A DNA stretch of 64,000 nucleotides from Nannocystis bainbridge (lineage in GTDB: Bacteria; Myxococcota_A; Polyangia; Nannocystales; Nannocystaceae), in contig NZ_JAQNDL010000003.1 in the NCBI RefSeq assembly GCF_028368995.1, positions 2,368,001 through 2,432,000 on the forward strand. The letters run 5' to 3'. Positions 22,375 to 31,489 of the stretch are shown piece by piece. The notes beneath the pieces are model-generated. The model had not been told where the DNA came from and made no database searches. It saw only the letters and a program-made list of their open reading frames with translations. The position numbers and the translations under genes were made by a program. Each line of letters starts with the position of its first letter. Within the stretch, counting starts at the first letter, position 1.

Positions 22375-23363
22375 GCGAGACGAACGAGACCAGCATGGCA
22401 TCGGACCCGTCGGCGCCGTCGGCGTACGCGGTGCGCGACGTGTCGCGCCTGTTCGAGCTGCCCGAGAGCCGCCTGCGCTACTGGGCCCAGACCGGCTTCA
22501 TCAGCCCTTCGATAAGGGTCCGCGGCCGCACCTTCTACAGCTTCCGCGACCTCATCGCCATCAAGGTCGCGCGCGAGCTGCTGGGCGCCGGGATGCCGCT
22601 GCAGCGGGTGCGCCGCAGCCTCGACTCGCTGCGCGTCAAGCTGCCCGAGGTCGACCAACCGCTGTCCCGCCTGCGCGTCCGCTGCGAGCACGAGCGCGTG
22701 GTGGTCGAGGACCAGACCCACAGCTTCGAGGCCGCGACCGGCCAGGTGCTGCTCGACCTCAACGTGCAGACGCTGCATCAAGAGGTCGCGCAGGTGCTGG
22801 CGATGCCGCGCCTGCACGGGCCGACGCCCGAGCGCAGCGCGTACGAGTGGTTCCTCCACGCGTGCGACCGCGAGGCCGCGTGGAGCGGCGACGACCCCGA
22901 CGACCCGGCGTTCACCGAGGCCCGCGAGGCCTACGACCGCGCGCTCGACCTCGACCCCGAGTTCGCCGCGGCCTACACCAACCTCGGCGCGCTGCTGGCC
23001 GCCGTCGGCGACCTCGACGGCGCCCGCGACCACTTCGACCAGGCGCTGCGCTGCGACCCGGGCCAGCACGAGGCCCAGGCCAACCTGGCGGCCCTGGCCC
23101 TCAGGACAGGTGACCCGGAGACGGCGATCGCCGGCTACCGCCAGCTGCTGCGCACCGCGCCCGACTCGCTCGAGGCCCACTACGGGCTGGCCCGCGCGCT
23201 GCTGGCCGTCGGCGGCAAGGGCCAGGCGCTGGCCCACCTCGAGCGCTTCATCGCCGGCGTCGACGGCCTGGCCACCGCCCAGCAGGCCGGCTCGCTGCGC
23301 GAGCGCCGACAACACGCGACCCGGGTGGTCGCCGCCCTCCGCCGCGAGCTCGGCTCGGGCTGA
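22371..23363 (+). CDS. MerR-type HTH plus TPR protein
   Basis: YAVRDVSRLF....SRLRYW...GFI.P.......YSFRDL (MerR HTH), and TPRs AYDRALDLDPEFAAAYTNLG and EAHYGLARAL. Confidence 0.88.
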   Translation: MSETNETSMASDPSAPSAYAVRDVSRLFELPESRLRYWAQTGFISPSIRVRGRTFYSFRDLIAIKVARELLGAGMPLQRVRRSLDSLRVKLPEVDQPLSRLRVRCEHERVVVEDQTHSFEAATGQVLLDLNVQTLHQEVAQVLAMPRLHGPTPERSAYEWFLHACDREAAWSGDDPDDPAFTEAREAYDRALDLDPEFAAAYTNLGALLAAVGDLDGARDHFDQALRCDPGQHEAQANLAALALRTGDPETAIAGYRQLLRTAPDSLEAHYGLARALLAVGGKGQALAHLERFIAGVDGLATAQQAGSLRERRQHATRVVAALRRELGSG

Positions 23364-23374
23364 CCGGAGCGCCG

Positions 23375-24778
23375 ATGTCCGAGTCCCCGCGGCCGCTGCG
23401 AGCACCCGGACGCGAGCGCTGCCTCGAGCGCCTCGTCGACCAACTCGGCGGCGGTGAGCTCGGCCGCACGTTCGGCCTGCGCCGCCTCGCCGGCCTGCCC
23501 GACCTGCGGGCCCAGGTCCCGCTGCACGACGCCCGCGCCCACGCGGCCCGCGTCGAGCCGCTGCTCGACCTCGACGGCCCGGCCGACGCCGGCGCGGCCG
23601 CCGAGCGCGAGGAGGTCGTGCTGGTCTGGAAGACATGGCTCTCCGAGCATGTCCGATCGAGCATGTCCCCGGGGGCACCCCTGCGCGCCGGCCTGCTGCA
23701 GGCCCGCCGGGCCGACCCCGCGGTCGACGCGATCGCCGAGGACGACCTCGCGGCGCTCGGGGCCGAGGTGCTGCGCCTGCACGCGATCGACGACCCGGCG
23801 GCGGCGCTGGAGCGGCTGGCCGCGTTCGCACCTGGCCTTTTGGTCAGCCCGAGCGCGGCCGCGTTCGCCTGCCTCGAGGAGCAGGTCCGCGGGCCGCTCG
23901 AGCGCCGCCTGCCCGACCTGCGGCTGCTGCTGGCCAGCTTCGACGTGCGCCTGCAACTGCGCGCCCGCGCCGAGCTGCACGCGGCCGGGTGGATCGATCC
24001 GCGCGCGGGCCGGCTCGGGCTGCCGTCGCTGCGCCCGCCGGCCCGCGGCTTCACCCTGGCCCTGGCCAGCGCGATCCTCGAGCTGCTGCCGCCGAGCGAC
24101 GACCGCCGCGGCTCGGCCGAGGCGGCGGCGCTGTGGCCCGAGCACGCGATCGTCGGCGAGCGCTACGAGCTGGTGGTGTCCTCGGGCACAGGTTGCCTGC
24201 GCCTGCGCACCGGCGAGTTCGTGCGCGTGGTCGGCTTCGACCCGCCGACGGCCCTGGTCCCGTTCCCCCGCCCCCGCGTGGTCCGCCTGCCCGCGCCCGA
24301 CCCGGCGGTGCCGCTGGCCGGGCTGTCGCTGCCGGGCGCCGAGCTGGCCGCGAGCGTGCGCGCGGCGTTCCGCCCGGAGGACCCGGCCCTGGTGGCAGCG
24401 ACGGTCCGGCCCGACCCCCAGAGCGTGGCCGACGACCCGTCGCCGGCAGAGTCGCGCCCGAACCACTTCGCCGACACGGAGCTGGGCTCGGCCGACGTGT
24501 CGGGCGTCCGCCAACCACTGCGCGCGACGGGATTGCACGTGCAGGTCGAGGTGCAAGGCGTGGCGCGAGCCGACTTCCGCGCCCGCCTCGGCCGCTCGAT
24601 CGACGACGACCTGATCCGCCGCAGCCCGGCGTACGCCCACCTCCGCGCCGCCCGCCAGCTACGCCCGCCACGGGTCGAGCTGGTCCCGCCGGGCGCGTTC
24701 AAGGAAGCGTGGGACCAGGCAGCGCGCCGCCTCGACCACAAGGTGGCCGGACCCGTCGTGCGAGTGCTCGAGCACTGA
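23375..24778 (+). CDS. GH3 (acyl-amido synthetase) family-like protein, degenerate
   Basis: GERYELVVSSGTGCLRLRTGEFVRVVGF and YAHLRAARQLRPPRVELVPPGAF resemble GH3 C-terminal motifs. No SSGT(T/S)G motif is visible in the N-terminal half. Confidence 0.6.
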   Translation: MSESPRPLRAPGRERCLERLVDQLGGGELGRTFGLRRLAGLPDLRAQVPLHDARAHAARVEPLLDLDGPADAGAAAEREEVVLVWKTWLSEHVRSSMSPGAPLRAGLLQARRADPAVDAIAEDDLAALGAEVLRLHAIDDPAAALERLAAFAPGLLVSPSAAAFACLEEQVRGPLERRLPDLRLLLASFDVRLQLRARAELHAAGWIDPRAGRLGLPSLRPPARGFTLALASAILELLPPSDDRRGSAEAAALWPEHAIVGERYELVVSSGTGCLRLRTGEFVRVVGFDPPTALVPFPRPRVVRLPAPDPAVPLAGLSLPGAELAASVRAAFRPEDPALVAATVRPDPQSVADDPSPAESRPNHFADTELGSADVSGVRQPLRATGLHVQVEVQGVARADFRARLGRSIDDDLIRRSPAYAHLRAARQLRPPRVELVPPGAFKEAWDQAARRLDHKVAGPVVRVLEH

Positions 24779-24871
24779 GATGTCCCATGGGACATGTCTA
24801 ACAAGACATGCCCGCCAGGCGCGCGATCTCGACACCTCGCTGCCGCCTGTCGACCGGGCTACGCTGCGGCC

Positions 24872-25495
24872 ATGCACGAGGACGACGCGGTGCTCCTGAG
24901 CGCCTGGGGGGCCGGCGACGGCGAGGCTGGCAGCCGCCTGTTCACCCGCCACTACCGCTCGGTGTACCGCTTCTTCAGCAACAAGCTGGCCAGCCTGGCC
25001 GCGGTCGAGGACCTGGTCCAGCAGACCTTCACCGCCTGCGTCGAGGCTCGCGCGCGCTTCCGCGGCGACGCCAGCTTCCGCACCTTCGTGCTGGCGATCG
25101 CCCGCAACCTCCTGCTCAAGCACCTCCGCGACCGCCGCAAAGACCCGGACATCGACGCCGACGCGGTCTCGCTGGCCGACTGCGGCCTCGGGGCCAGCAC
25201 CGTCGTCGGCATGCGGCGCGAGCAGCAGCTCCTGCTCACCGCCCTGCGGCGGATCGCCATCGACTCGCAGGTCGTGTTCGAGATGACCTACTGGGAGCAG
25301 ATGCCGGCCAGGGAGATCGCCGCGATCCTCGGCGAGACCGAGGCCGCGATCCGCGGCCGCCTGCGCAAGGCCAAGCTCGAGCTGCGCGGCGCGATCGAGG
25401 CCCTCGCGCGCACCCCCGACGAGGTCTCGTCGACGATCGACGGCCTCGACCGTTGGGCTGACGGCCTTCGCAATTACTGGGACGCCGGGCGCTGA
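24872..25495 (+). CDS. ECF sigma-70 factor (paralog of 18291-18920)
   Basis: DAVLLSAWGAGDGEAG, EDLVQQTF, SFRTFVLAIARN and FEMTYWE....EIAAILG.....IRGRLRKAK. Confidence 0.92.
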   Translation: MHEDDAVLLSAWGAGDGEAGSRLFTRHYRSVYRFFSNKLASLAAVEDLVQQTFTACVEARARFRGDASFRTFVLAIARNLLLKHLRDRRKDPDIDADAVSLADCGLGASTVVGMRREQQLLLTALRRIAIDSQVVFEMTYWEQMPAREIAAILGETEAAIRGRLRKAKLELRGAIEALARTPDEVSSTIDGLDRWADGLRNYWDAGR

Positions 25496-25687
25496 GCCGA
25501 GGCGCTCACGCGCCACACCCCGAGGTCACCGTGAAGGCGGCGCCCGAGGCCAGCATCGGCTCGGCGCTGAGGCCCGTGCATCGCGCCAGCGCGGCGCTGG
25601 GACCGCGAAACCGACGATCCGTCTCATTCCATACCGTTCGCACGAATGGCACGAGTCTCGACATGATCGCTGGCGCAGCAATGCACA

Positions 25688-25720
25688 GGGCGCCCATTGG
25701 GCGCCCATTGGGCGCCCATC
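25688..25720. repeat. Tandem 11-bp repeat x3 (GGGCGCCCATT) with palindromic core
   Basis: gggcgcccattgggcgcccattgggcgcccatc. Confidence 0.85.
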
Positions 25721-25791
25721 GCATTCATCGCATTCGCCAGCGCGATCTCGGCAGTATCCGCCGTCTCGAAGCCTGTGATAGAGAGATTGCC

Positions 25792-26064
25792 ATGGCTGTC
25801 TACATCATCATCTTCGAGGCCAACGACCAGGTCCAGGGCCGGCCGTCCATCCCCGACGAGATCCATCAATACGGCTCCTGGCAGCAGGTCACCGAGCAGA
25901 CCTTCATCCTCATCACGGATCAATCGCCCGGCGACATCTACGACCACCTCAAGGCCGCCCTCGACGGTCACCACAAGCTCTACATCTTCACCCAGAGCGG
26001 GAGCTGGTTCGGCTTCGGCCCGGACGACCTCAACAAATGGGTGTACGACAACGTACCCGGCTGA
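25792..26064 (+). CDS. Small ferredoxin-like-fold protein (Cas2/VapD-like pattern), function unknown
   Basis: 90 aa: MAVYIIIFE...EIHQYGSWQQVTEQTFILIT.....IYDHLK..LD...KLYIF....W.G......W. GAGAG RBS-like sequence upstream. Confidence 0.7.
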   Translation: MAVYIIIFEANDQVQGRPSIPDEIHQYGSWQQVTEQTFILITDQSPGDIYDHLKAALDGHHKLYIFTQSGSWFGFGPDDLNKWVYDNVPG

Positions 26065-26117
26065 TGCGCTCGATGGGCGTGCTCGACCGAGCATGAATGC
26101 TCATTCTTCATGAGCAT

Positions 26118-26173
26118 GAAAAAAGCCGCCGGCGCGCCGCCTCGAGCTCGAGGCAGGCGCGCCGGCGCGGTTC
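26118..26173 (-). terminator. Probable intrinsic terminator of the VOC gene
   Basis: GC-rich hairpin gccggcgcgcc-gcctcgagctcgaggca-ggcgcgccggc next to an A-run (U-tract on the minus strand), between convergent genes. Confidence 0.65.
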
Positions 26174-26188
26174 AGGCGTGGAGCCCGA

Positions 26189-27322
26189 TCAGGACTGCGG
26201 CTTCTGCTTGGCCATCTCGGCCTTCATGCGCTCGGCCATCTGCTCGGGGGTGACATCTTCCTTGTGGGTGGCGATGCCCCAAGCCATGCCCGCGGGGTCG
26301 AGGATCATGCCGTAGCGGTCGCCCCAGAACTGGTCGCCCAGCGGCATGAGCGGCTTGGCGCCGGCCGACTGGGCCCTGGCGAACACCGCGTCGGCGTCGG
26401 TCACGTAGTGGTGGAAGGTCAGCGGCGTGCCCTTGAAGTCGGCGATCGACTTGCTGCCCATCTCGGGGAAGGCGTCGGACAGCATGACGACGCTGTCGCC
26501 GATCGCCAGCTCCGCGTGCATCACCTTCTTGCCGTCGTTCGAAAGCATGCGCGGCGACTTCTCGGTCGCGCCGAACGCGGCCTTGTAGAACTCGATCGCC
26601 GCGTTGGCGTCGGCCACCACGAAGCTCGGGGTGATCGCGTGGTACTCCTTCGGCATCTTCTCGGTCGCCGGGGTGCCGGCGATCTTCTTCCACGCCGGGG
26701 CCGCGCCCTTCTTCGGCTTCTTCTTGGTCGGCGCGAGGGCGATCTTGGCGCGCTCGGCGATCTGCTCGGGCGTCAGGTCCTCGACGTGGCTGGCGATCGC
26801 CCAGCGATGGCCGAACGGGTCGGTGACCTCGCCCCAGCGGTCGCCCCAGAACTGGTCCTCGGCGGGCATCCCGACCTTGGCGCCGGCGGCGGTCAGGGCG
26901 GCGATGGTGGCGTCGACGTCGGGCGAGTACATCAGCAGCAGCGCCGGCGAGCCGCCGAGCGACTGCGGGCCCTTCATGTCGCCCGACTCCTCGTCGATCA
27001 TGAGGATCGAGTCGCCGATCTTGACCTCGGCGTGGATCGCCTTGCCGCCCTCGCCGGGGATCGTCAGCACCTTCGTGGCGCCGAGGTTCTTGGTGTAGAA
27101 CTCGACCGCGTCGTCGACGCCCTTGACGATGATCTGCGGGGTGATCGCGTGGAAACCCTCGGGGATCGGCTTGACCTCGGCCTTGGGCGGCTCGGGTGCC
27201 GGCGCCGGCGGAGCGGAGGCCGTCGAATCAGGGATGGCGGTGTCGGTCTTCGGCGAATTGCTGCAACCCAGGGGGAGCAGCGTCAACGCGATGAACAGGA
27301 CTGAGGGGTGGGTCTTGGTCAT
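26189..27322 (-). CDS. Lipoprotein with two tandem VOC/glyoxalase (PhnB-like) domains
   Basis: Lipobox LPLGC, and two copies of HAITP...A..FY....GA...HAE..IGDS...DQFWGDR.G...DP.G..W.IA.H.ED.TPEQ. Confidence 0.9.
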   Translation of the reverse strand: MTKTHPSVLFIALTLLPLGCSNSPKTDTAIPDSTASAPPAPAPEPPKAEVKPIPEGFHAITPQIIVKGVDDAVEFYTKNLGATKVLTIPGEGGKAIHAEVKIGDSILMIDEESGDMKGPQSLGGSPALLLMYSPDVDATIAALTAAGAKVGMPAEDQFWGDRWGEVTDPFGHRWAIASHVEDLTPEQIAERAKIALAPTKKKPKKGAAPAWKKIAGTPATEKMPKEYHAITPSFVVADANAAIEFYKAAFGATEKSPRMLSNDGKKVMHAELAIGDSVVMLSDAFPEMGSKSIADFKGTPLTFHHYVTDADAVFARAQSAGAKPLMPLGDQFWGDRYGMILDPAGMAWGIATHKEDVTPEQMAERMKAEMAKQKPQS

Positions 27323-27739
27323 GGGGTGGGGAACCTTGCAAAGCGGCGCGCAAATGTCCAGCGACCTGATCCGTGTTCTTTACGCAAACCCGCATAATTC
27401 GAGCGAAACCCCAGTCGCTGGGGGCCTCGTTGCCCACGGCGAATCGCCGCTGGCCCGAGCATTCGGATTTAACTCTCACGCCGGGCCCAGCCCCGGGGAC
27501 AAACGATATGGCACCGAGAACATGTCCCACGAGACATGTTGAAAATCATCTGTCCCTCGGGACATCTCACGGGGCATCCCCGACTGCCATCAATCGCGGC
27601 GGTCGCGACCTCGGGTCGCGCGGATGCAGAGGCGCGAACGCGCGAGCTCCCGATCGCGCGCCGCCGGGCCCTGCGCGCCCCCGCGGCGCGGCTTGACGCG
27701 CGCGCGCGCGGCGACGTAGCGTGACCGTGGAGGTCTCTC

Positions 27740-29425
27740 TTGCTGCGCAGCACGTCGCGTCCGCTCCTCTCTCCTGGCGCCCTGGCGCTCGTCCTCGCCG
27801 GCTGCGGCGAACCTGGTGGCCGCGACTCGAGCAGCGATTCGGCGGGCATCACCTCGGTCGCCAGCAACAGCAGCCCCACCGCCGCCACCACCGTCACGCC
27901 GCCCGCCACCACCGGCGAGACCGGCGCCGGCACCAGCAGCACCGGCGACATCACCCCGACCACCGACGGGGTCGACACCACCGGCAACCTCCCCAAGCTC
28001 GACATCGGCGGCGTGCCCGACTTCGCCGGCGACGACACCGAGGGCCCGCCGCTGCCGCTGACCTGCGAGAACATCGCCATGCAGCCCGCGACCAGCGTCG
28101 GCTGCGAGTTCTGGGGCGTCGACCTGCCGATGCTGCAGTACAACGAGCTGGCCTACGGCATCAGCGTCGGCAACATGTCCGAAGAGCCAGCCATGATCAC
28201 GATCGAGGACCTGCGCGGTCCGGGCGGGACCTTGCGGGTGATCACGCAATTGGAGGTCGCGCCCAAGCAGAGCCAGCTCGTCAAGATCAACGGCCTCGAC
28301 GGCGTGGCCCCCGGCGACAACCAGGTCGCCAAGCAAGGCATCACCCCGGCGGCGGCGTTCCGCGTGACCTCGACGGTGCCGGTCACGGCGATGCAGATCA
28401 ACCCGGTCGGCGGCGGCCCCTCGCACGTCGCCGAGGCCAGCCTGCTGCTGCCGCGCCAGGCGCTGGCGACTTCCCACTTCGCGACCTCGTACGCGTGGAT
28501 GTTCGGCACCTGGACGGTGGTGGTCGCGGTCGAGGACGATACGACGATCACCACCTCGAACGGCGACGCCGCGCTCGACGCCTTCGGCGCCTGGACCTTC
28601 ACGCCCGGCAGCGACACCACCGCGTTCTTCGTCGGCTCCGACAAGCCGGTGGCCGTGTTCTCGGGCACCGACTGCGTGCTGATCCCCGGCGACCCGTGGT
28701 ACGCTTGCGACCACCTCGAGGAGCAGATGGTGCCGCTGGCCTCGTGGGGCACCAGCTACGTCGGCGCCCGCCACCCGCAGCGCGTGCCCGGCATCAACCC
28801 CGCGCCCGAGGAGGTCCGCTGGCGGATCGTCGGCGCCGTCGACGGCACCTCCGTCAACCTGCAGCCGCCGCAGCCCGGCGTCGGCGGCACGCTCAACATC
28901 GCCAAGGCCGGCCAGATCGTCGAGTTCGCCAGCACCGAGAGCTTCGTCGCCACCGGCGACCAGCCGTTCCAGCTGCTGCAATTCATGACCGGCTGCTACA
29001 ACGTGATCAAGCAGACCGGCGATCCGAACAATTGCAGCCAGGGCCCGACCGGCGACCCGTACATGATCCAGGTGCCGCCGATCGAGCAATGGATGACGGC
29101 GCTGCCGTTCCTCACCGATACCTCGTACCCCCGCGATTTCGCCATCCTGATGCGCGAGGCCGGGACGACGATCGAGCTGGCCTGCCTCGGCGTGGTCTCC
29201 GACGACCACTTCACCGCGATCCCCGGCACCAACTACGAGGTCGGCTACGTCGAGCTCGACGACAACAGCGGCGAGGGCGACTGCGGCGACGGGGCCCACT
29301 TCATCAGCGCCGACGCCCCGATCGGGGTGATGGTGGCCGGCCTCGACTGGGCCACCTCCTACGGCTACCCCGGGGGCCTCAACTTCAAGTCGCTGTGGGT
29401 CCCGCCGACCGAGCCGCCGGGCTGA
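27740..29425 (+). CDS. IgGFc-binding-domain lipoprotein
   Basis: Lipobox VLAGC, Thr-rich linker, SVGCEFW.VDL, EASLLLP...L, SDKPVAVFSG, CDHLEEQMVP..SWG, GDPYM..VPPIEQW and SYGYPGG. Confidence 0.88.
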   Translation: MLRSTSRPLLSPGALALVLAGCGEPGGRDSSSDSAGITSVASNSSPTAATTVTPPATTGETGAGTSSTGDITPTTDGVDTTGNLPKLDIGGVPDFAGDDTEGPPLPLTCENIAMQPATSVGCEFWGVDLPMLQYNELAYGISVGNMSEEPAMITIEDLRGPGGTLRVITQLEVAPKQSQLVKINGLDGVAPGDNQVAKQGITPAAAFRVTSTVPVTAMQINPVGGGPSHVAEASLLLPRQALATSHFATSYAWMFGTWTVVVAVEDDTTITTSNGDAALDAFGAWTFTPGSDTTAFFVGSDKPVAVFSGTDCVLIPGDPWYACDHLEEQMVPLASWGTSYVGARHPQRVPGINPAPEEVRWRIVGAVDGTSVNLQPPQPGVGGTLNIAKAGQIVEFASTESFVATGDQPFQLLQFMTGCYNVIKQTGDPNNCSQGPTGDPYMIQVPPIEQWMTALPFLTDTSYPRDFAILMREAGTTIELACLGVVSDDHFTAIPGTNYEVGYVELDDNSGEGDCGDGAHFISADAPIGVMVAGLDWATSYGYPGGLNFKSLWVPPTEPPG

Positions 29426-29574
29426 TCGCCGCGTCCTCGATCTGTCCTGAGGGACATGTCACCCGTGCATTGTGGGGACATGTCCTTTCGGACATGCCGT
29501 CCTCGCCGGCCCCGCGCCAGATCACGCCGCGCAAATTTCGCAAGCGCGGCGCCGCTCTGCTACTCTCTGCCCCG

Positions 29575-31407
29575 ATGCAGCCGGAAGTCTACGCCTGGGA
29601 GTTCGACATCCCCGTCGCCCGACCCTCGCTGTGGGCCTTCGTGTCCGACACCGAGCGGCTCAACCGGCTGGCCGGGGTGTTCCCGGTCCACTATCAATAC
29701 AAGCCGCTCGACAGCGGCGGCAGCGAGGTCGTCGCCGAGGCGCGCACGGCGGGCATGCTGCTGCGGTGGGTCGAGCGCCCGTGCGAATGGGTCGAGCCGG
29801 AGTACTTCCGCTTCACCCGCGATTACAGCAAGGGCCCGTTCGTGCGCCTGGTGTCCGAGGTCCGCCTGCGCGACGGCGACCGGCCCGGCACCACCCGGTT
29901 GACGCACACGATCACCGTGACCCCGCGCCACTTCGTCGGTCGCATGCTCGCGCGGGTGGCCATCGGCGTGCAGACGAAGGCCGGCTTCGCCCGCGCCTAC
30001 GCCCTCGCGCCGCAGTGGGCGGCCGGGCAAGAGCTGCCGGCGATCGGCAGCGAGCGCCTGCCGCCGCGCGGGTTCGCGGCCCGCGAGCTGCGGCGCGTGC
30101 TGGTGCCGCTGGCCCATCGCCTCGGTGAGCCGCAATTGGCCGAGCTGCTGACGCATCACCTGCTGAGCAAGCCCGACAGCGAGCTCGACAGCCTGTCGCC
30201 GTACACGCTGGCGCGCGCGTGGCAGGTCGAGCGCGGGCCGCTGCTGCGGCTGTTCCTCCACGCCACCAAGGCCGGCCTGTTCGACCTGCAGTACCACCTG
30301 ATCTGCCCGTCGTGCCGGCGCAGCAAGGCCAACGTCACCAGCCTGGCCGACCTGCGCGAGGAGGGCCACTGCCCGAGCTGCAACATCCGCTTCGGCGTCG
30401 ATTTCGACCGCGCGGTCGAGGTCCGCTTCTCGCCGCGCCCGCTCGGGGTCGGCGAGGACGCCGCGGAATACTGCCACGCCGGTCCGCGCAACACGCCGCA
30501 CCGCGTCGCCGGTTGGAACTTCGAGCCAGGTACTTCGAGACAGGTCGAGACCACGCTCGAGCCCGGCCGCCACCAATTGCTGTCGCCGCAGGCCGGCTCG
30601 GTCTACTTCGAGGTCGTCGACGACGCCGACGCGCCGCGCGAGGCAGCGCTGACCCTCGCCGCCGACGGGCTGTCGGGCGCGCCCGAGCGGGTGCGCGCGG
30701 GCACGGTCCGCTTCGCCGTCGAAAGCCGGTTCGCCGCGCTCGCCGAGCTGATGATCGCGCGCGCCAAGTGGGCCGACGACGCGGTCACCGTGGCCGAGCT
30801 GACGGCCATGCAGGAGTTCCGCGAGCTGTTCGGCAGCGAGCTCCTGGCCCCCGGCGCCGAGTTCTCGATCCAGAACATGGTGTTCCTGTTCACCGACCTG
30901 GTCGGCTCGACCGCGATGTACGAGCGGCTCGGCGACGCGGCGGCGTTCGACCTGGTGCGCCGCCACTTCGACCTGCTGTCCGACATCTATTCGCAGCACG
31001 GCGGCGCGCTGGTCAAGACGATCGGTGACGCGATCATGGCGGTGTTCCGCCGCGGCGACGACGCCCTCCGCGCGGCGCTGGCGATGCACGCCAAGGTCCC
31101 TGCGCTGCGCGAGGCCGAGGGCGGCGCCGGCCTGGCCCTGCGCATCGGCCTCCACCGCGGGCCCTGCATCGCCATGACCGCCAACGAGCGCATCGACTAC
31201 TTCGGCACCACGGTCAACACCGCCGCCCGCGTGCAGGGCATCGCCGGCGGCCACGAGGTCGCGCTCAGCCCGGCCATGCTCGAGCTGCCCGAGGTCCGCG
31301 CCGCCCTCGCCGCGACCAGGCTGCCCGCCCGCACCGAGGAGCTGAAGCTCAAGGGCCTGTCCGGCCGCCACGCGATCTCGATCGTCGAGGTGCCGCAGGG
31401 CGAGTGA
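29575..31407 (+). CDS. Class III adenylate/guanylate cyclase with N-terminal SRPBCC-like and DUF5939-like (CxxC...CxxC) regions
   Basis: FLFTDLVGSTAMYERLGD, VKTIGDAIMAVF, RIGLHRGP and DYFGTTVNTAARVQG. N-terminal LW.FVSDTERLNR and CPSC...CPSC. Confidence 0.92.
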   Translation: MQPEVYAWEFDIPVARPSLWAFVSDTERLNRLAGVFPVHYQYKPLDSGGSEVVAEARTAGMLLRWVERPCEWVEPEYFRFTRDYSKGPFVRLVSEVRLRDGDRPGTTRLTHTITVTPRHFVGRMLARVAIGVQTKAGFARAYALAPQWAAGQELPAIGSERLPPRGFAARELRRVLVPLAHRLGEPQLAELLTHHLLSKPDSELDSLSPYTLARAWQVERGPLLRLFLHATKAGLFDLQYHLICPSCRRSKANVTSLADLREEGHCPSCNIRFGVDFDRAVEVRFSPRPLGVGEDAAEYCHAGPRNTPHRVAGWNFEPGTSRQVETTLEPGRHQLLSPQAGSVYFEVVDDADAPREAALTLAADGLSGAPERVRAGTVRFAVESRFAALAELMIARAKWADDAVTVAELTAMQEFRELFGSELLAPGAEFSIQNMVFLFTDLVGSTAMYERLGDAAAFDLVRRHFDLLSDIYSQHGGALVKTIGDAIMAVFRRGDDALRAALAMHAKVPALREAEGGAGLALRIGLHRGPCIAMTANERIDYFGTTVNTAARVQGIAGGHEVALSPAMLELPEVRAALAATRLPARTEELKLKGLSGRHAISIVEVPQGE

Positions 31408-31474
31408 CCGTTCGGGAATGTCCTCTAGGGCATGTTCTTCGAGACATGCACCAAAGTGCATGCCCCTTCGGACA
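31405..31474. repeat. Head-to-tail array of about 5 degenerate 14-bp TGTC-N6-GACA units
   Basis: TGACCGTTCGGGAA|TGTCCTCTAGGGCA|TGTTCTTCGAGACA|TGCACCAAAGTGCA|TGCCCCTTCGGACA. Confidence 0.8.
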
Positions 31475-31489
31475 TGCTCCGAGACCGCG

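Noticed and set aside
27721-31407. 1228-aa ORF as a fusion protein
   Set aside because: The N-terminal half is a shadow frame of the IgGFc-binding gene. The real start is about 29575.
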